Source: Wickerhamiella versatilis (Eukaryota). Taken from it: a stretch of DNA of 64,000 bases. A program made the translations under genes and the position numbers. Location: contig JAQOWU010000007.1 in the NCBI GenBank assembly GCA_030867685.1, forward strand, positions 310,001 to 374,000, read 5' to 3'. This document shows positions 60,050 to 64,000 of the stretch, piece by piece. Under the pieces are notes generated by a model. The model was not told the DNA's origin. It did not search any database and saw nothing but the letters and a program-made list of their open reading frames with translations. How positions within the stretch are numbered: the stretch's first letter is position 1; each line of letters opens with the position of its first letter.

Positions 60050-60900
60050 CTATAGGTGGGAAGGGGTTTGTGAGGGGCTTCTAAATTTAGACGACGAAGG
60101 ATGTGACCCATTGTTAGACCTGCTGAGAGACCACTCTTTTTAGCCTTCACCAGGACATCATTATGGGACTGTGCAACTATTAGCTACAAATTCCTATTAT
60201 AAGGTACTAAGCGGGACATATTGCAGAGTATCAATTATCTGGAATATGGACACACTACCAAGACCGGACGCACGACGTAAGCAACAATGCAATCTTTTTT
60301 CTTTCCTAACCTTGATCCAGGATGTGCATCCTTGAAGGCATGTAGACACGGATGGTATGTACATAGGATGAAAAGTGTAGTTCTAGTGTGGCCCAGTCAA
60401 TCAAATATCACCCTCAGCTACATTCGATGAGATGAGATTGGTGTCAGTAGCCGCTCGGCAACCCGAACTCTATACGCGATGACTACGCATGACCGCGTCT
60501 TGCTGCATTACATATTTAGAAATGTCTGCCCTTGTATTGGCCAAGGGATCAAACTCCCCGACAGATAGTATGATGGTAGGTTAGATTAGTGAAAAAATCC
60601 CTCAAATTAGATATACTTTCTGTATAGTGAATAGATTGTATTTTGGGTTTTTAGAAGCAGGAAAAAATATGAATCAGACAAGAAACCTCATTGCGGGTGA
60701 ACATTATATATAGAGTAGGCGGCAGTTACTGGGTGGCGATAAACAACATGGAGTTCAACGTAAAATGTTTGCCGAATGGGACGATCGACCGATAGTTGCT
60801 TCACACATATAATATATTTTAATCAGACAGCTTCTTAAATCATCATCAGTTAACAGAAGCATGTTTTACAGCGTTCAAATTGGCTTTAGGCAGCTGTTAT
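60050..60900 (+). mobile_element. Degenerate Ty3/gypsy integrase relic
   Basis: Colinear broken motifs: 'LLRDH..*PSPGH...TVQLLATNSYY' / 'KRDI' / 'TKTGR' (zinc-binding region), 'HP*RHVDTD' (PW..I..D), 'PRQIV', 'QT...LRVN', 'EWDD' / 'TYN', 'TAFKLALG'. Confidence 0.5.
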
Positions 60901-61085
60901 TTTGCCACTGTCAGAGACACAAGTAGGCATGCGCAGGTCTAATTGACAATTGCCAACACATATTAAACCAGGATTCAGTGCAGAACTAGTGATATAAACT
61001 TTCCCATGGGAAAGATATTTAGCCATACTGGTAGATATACCCATGTGCTATTGCTGGAAAATGTGATATAGCCCAATGCAATACC

Positions 61086-61136
61086 AGTCAGTAGTGTAGC
61101 ATAGTCGGTAGTGTAGCATAGTCAGTAGTGTAGCAT
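61086..61136. repeat. 17-bp minisatellite x3
   Basis: AGTCAGTAGTGTAGCAT AGTCGGTAGTGTAGCAT AGTCAGTAGTGTAGCAT. Confidence 0.9.
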
Positions 61137-61875
61137 AGCCAGCACCCTCAGCAGGCAAACCCTATGTACAATCATACCTATAACGTTCGATGAACCGTCA
61201 AAGTTGCAGAGACAATTGCCTGATATGAGATAGAGTATGAATTTGATCAGACCAAATTTTTAAATTAAAATGTAACAAATTCTCATATAATAGCCTTTCT
61301 ATCACCTCGCAAACTACCAATTAAGATATATTCCTGAGGGCGCTTTAACAAGCAGCCGTTGCCGGCATACATAATTTAATAATACAATGAAAAAGATTAT
61401 TTCAGAAGATAGGTCAGGAATGACATTTCCACTCGTAACAGGGGGCGAAATTTAATTGCAAACAATTCTTGTTGTGGCATGACGAGAGTTCGTGTCTGTA
61501 TACTGGTCGTCAATAGTAGGTATTTATATCAACTTCAGTACATTGAATTAGAGACAAAGTCTTATAGTGTAATCGATTACCTTATAATTCATCTCCTTGA
61601 CAATATGTGTTAACACCAAGATTGCCGTCGACGGTAAGCCCTCTGCAGATCAATATCACAGAGTATCAATGCGAGAATCTCCAGCTCACCTGTTCATGGT
61701 ACTGGTAAACAACATAAACCACAGATCAGAACAATGAGGAGGGATTGCTCATGCTTATGATACCTTTCTGCAATATTGGTAATGTTAGATAATATTGGTA
61801 AGATTAGATAATTTTTGCGGTTGTAAGGTAATCAGGAGCGTTAATAGATTGTGTCTTATCCAAAACATTTTCTCC

Positions 61876-63627
61876 ATGAGCATTGCTTATAGCATAAGTT
61901 CGCTATTTCGTGACAGCAGTGTAGGGATATTTATTTATCAAATCTCAGGACGACGCTTTTGCAAACCGGAGTTTGAACTAGATGGCTATACAGTACCCAA
62001 AAAATACTTAATGGGTACAGTTGACCAAGACTCAGCCTCAATTGCATCCTGGAACTCCCAGAAAATATCTACCGCAAATGAAATTGATGCGGCCATAGCC
62101 GGTGATAGGTACGCATCGGCAGCAGACTACAGAAGGAAAAAGGGCCGTGATGACCCCGATGCCACCAACCATATTATCGTTGACTGGGATGGACCAGATG
62201 ATGTTGCAAATCCCCGTAACTGGCCGTTTCCAAAAAAGGCTATTGTCGCTCTTGTTATGGCTTTGATTACAGCTTCCTTATACATGGGCTCAGCATTGTT
62301 CACCCCGGCAGAACAGCAGCTTATTGGGCACTTCCAAACTAGTGAAGTCAAGGTAACCCTTGGGTTATCTCTTTATGTGTGGGGGTATGGAATTGCGTCA
62401 TTGTGGTTTAGCCCAATGAGTGACAATCCCCTTTTTGGTGGAAGATTATGGATCTATCTCTTCTGCCAGATTGTGTTTTGTGCTTTGCAAATTCCAACTG
62501 CTCTATGTAATCATATAGCCCCTTTCGCTGTACTCCGCTTCTTGGCTGGGTGTATGGCCAGCCCACCTTTGGCAACTGGCGGAGCTACTTACGATGACGT
62601 ATTTGGTTTCCCAGTTGTGACATATGCGCTTATTGCTTGGTCTGCTGGGGGTGTTCTTGGACCTTGCATTGGGCCATTGATTGGTGGTGCGCTTGTCCAA
62701 CACAACTCATGGCGCTGGGCTTTCTGGTATCTGCTAATTCAAGCTGGGGCAGTTCTAGTGGCTCTACTGTTCCTTTTCCCTGAAACAAGTCACCAGGCTA
62801 TCCTGATGAAAAAAGCAAGGAGTCTTCGCCGTCGATTGAAGAATCCTAACATTGTTGCCCCAGGGGATATACAGCTCAGGAACCAGAGCACGCGACAAGT
62901 TCTCAAGGAAATATTTTGGAAACCAATAGAAATCACTATACGTGAACCAGTCCTTGCACTTATCGATCTACACTTAGGACTGATGTATGCTATCATGTAC
63001 CTGTTTTTCGAAGCCGTTCCTATATCATATGGCAGCGTATACAATTTTAATGCGGTACAGCAGGGTCTCATGTACCTTGGTCTTATATCAGGAATTGTCA
63101 TAATGGGCTTCCTTTATACGCCTTATTTGCAATATTTCCTGATATCACCATTGAAAAGGGAAGGAACCGATAATCCGCGTGAATCAAACGCAGTAGATCC
63201 GTATGCTATTTTTGGCAATCCTGCAATCGTTTCTGCAGTAATGTACCCATTGGGACTCTTAATATATGGCTGGTCTTCACATCCAGGAGTCCATTGGTTC
63301 CCTTCGGTGCTAGGTCTGGCCATTTTTGGCGGATCACTTTGGCTTGCTTTTCAATCTTACCTGTCGTTCCTGGCTAATCTGTATCCTTCACACTTGATAG
63401 CCTCTGCATTCGCTTCAAATTCCGTTGCACGGGCTTTGCTTGCTGCTGCATTTCCATTGTTTGCTCGGTACATGTACAACAACACCGCTATTGATGGTTA
63501 TCCGGTAGGATGGGGTTGCACAATTCTCACATTTATATCATTCATGCTTATACCTCTGCCTGTTTACATGAGACTAAGAGGGGAGGAGATTCATGATAAG
63601 GCAGTGGCTAAATATGGATCAGGCTAA
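61876..63627 (+). CDS. MFS multidrug transporter (DHA1, Flr1/Mdr1-like)
   Basis: 'FRDS..G', 'IIVDWDGPDD..NPRNWP', 'LSLYVWGYG', 'SP.LATGGA', 'WRW', 'ASAFASN', 'AFPLF'; ATG at 61876. Confidence 0.92.
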   Translation: MSIAYSISSLFRDSSVGIFIYQISGRRFCKPEFELDGYTVPKKYLMGTVDQDSASIASWNSQKISTANEIDAAIAGDRYASAADYRRKKGRDDPDATNHIIVDWDGPDDVANPRNWPFPKKAIVALVMALITASLYMGSALFTPAEQQLIGHFQTSEVKVTLGLSLYVWGYGIASLWFSPMSDNPLFGGRLWIYLFCQIVFCALQIPTALCNHIAPFAVLRFLAGCMASPPLATGGATYDDVFGFPVVTYALIAWSAGGVLGPCIGPLIGGALVQHNSWRWAFWYLLIQAGAVLVALLFLFPETSHQAILMKKARSLRRRLKNPNIVAPGDIQLRNQSTRQVLKEIFWKPIEITIREPVLALIDLHLGLMYAIMYLFFEAVPISYGSVYNFNAVQQGLMYLGLISGIVIMGFLYTPYLQYFLISPLKREGTDNPRESNAVDPYAIFGNPAIVSAVMYPLGLLIYGWSSHPGVHWFPSVLGLAIFGGSLWLAFQSYLSFLANLYPSHLIASAFASNSVARALLAAAFPLFARYMYNNTAIDGYPVGWGCTILTFISFMLIPLPVYMRLRGEEIHDKAVAKYGSG

Positions 63628-64000
63628 ATGGTGCTTGCTTCGCATATCTGAGACATTCAATTATTAATTATTTAGTCCTCCATTAAATTGATTCTATAAC
63701 ACGAATTGTCATAAAATAGACTTACAGGGTTAGCTTTCACCGCCATTATGTTGATGTTAAACTAATATAATCGGAGGGCACGATAACATAACTGGTACAA
63801 TTGACCATGGATAGGTGATTTTGGAAGAAATATTCAGATTTCTATTCTCAGGTTTCTCATACTCAGAAATTTTGAGCTAAATAGCTGTGGTCAGGCTCTG
63901 AGCATTTTGCACCTCAAAGTTTTCCTCTAGATAATGATATCTCTGTTATTAATCAGTAAACTGAGCGATGACTGACTTCCTGGTTATCGGAGCGGGGTTG

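Noticed and set aside
1-64000. tRNA, rRNA, spliceosomal introns, or bacterial contamination
   Set aside because: No RNA genes or required introns were recognised. Bacterial-like genes are interleaved with unmistakably fungal genes and show no operon structure.

Overview
Compact, apparently intron-less budding-yeast (Saccharomycotina) genomic DNA with about 30 protein-coding genes. They are mostly MFS transporters, secreted hydrolases, cell-wall proteins and metabolic enzymes. Several genes look bacterial in origin (Acetobacteraceae-type mannitol/sorbitol dehydrogenase, TPMT, DUF985 cupin, DUF1868, IPNS-like 2OG oxygenase, ElaA), which suggests a Wickerhamiella/Starmerella-like yeast; that is an inference. 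The standout locus is 40094-45150 (- strand). It is an HO/WHO-family gene with a degenerate Hint domain, two LAGLIDADG motifs and an Ash1/HO-type zinc-finger array. It has an acidic N-terminal extension, 7 finger modules, a Lys in place of the second catalytic Asp, and an overlapping -1-frame ORF carrying 4 more modules that duplicate modules 1-4. It is not next to FBA1 or a MAT locus in this window. Other oddities: a cysteine-free Pir protein, a ~780-bp non-coding tandem duplication carrying inverted Pir-repeat DNA, a Malassezia SMG1-type lipase, and faint pogo and Ty3/gypsy relics. All family assignments come from motif recognition by eye, without database searches.
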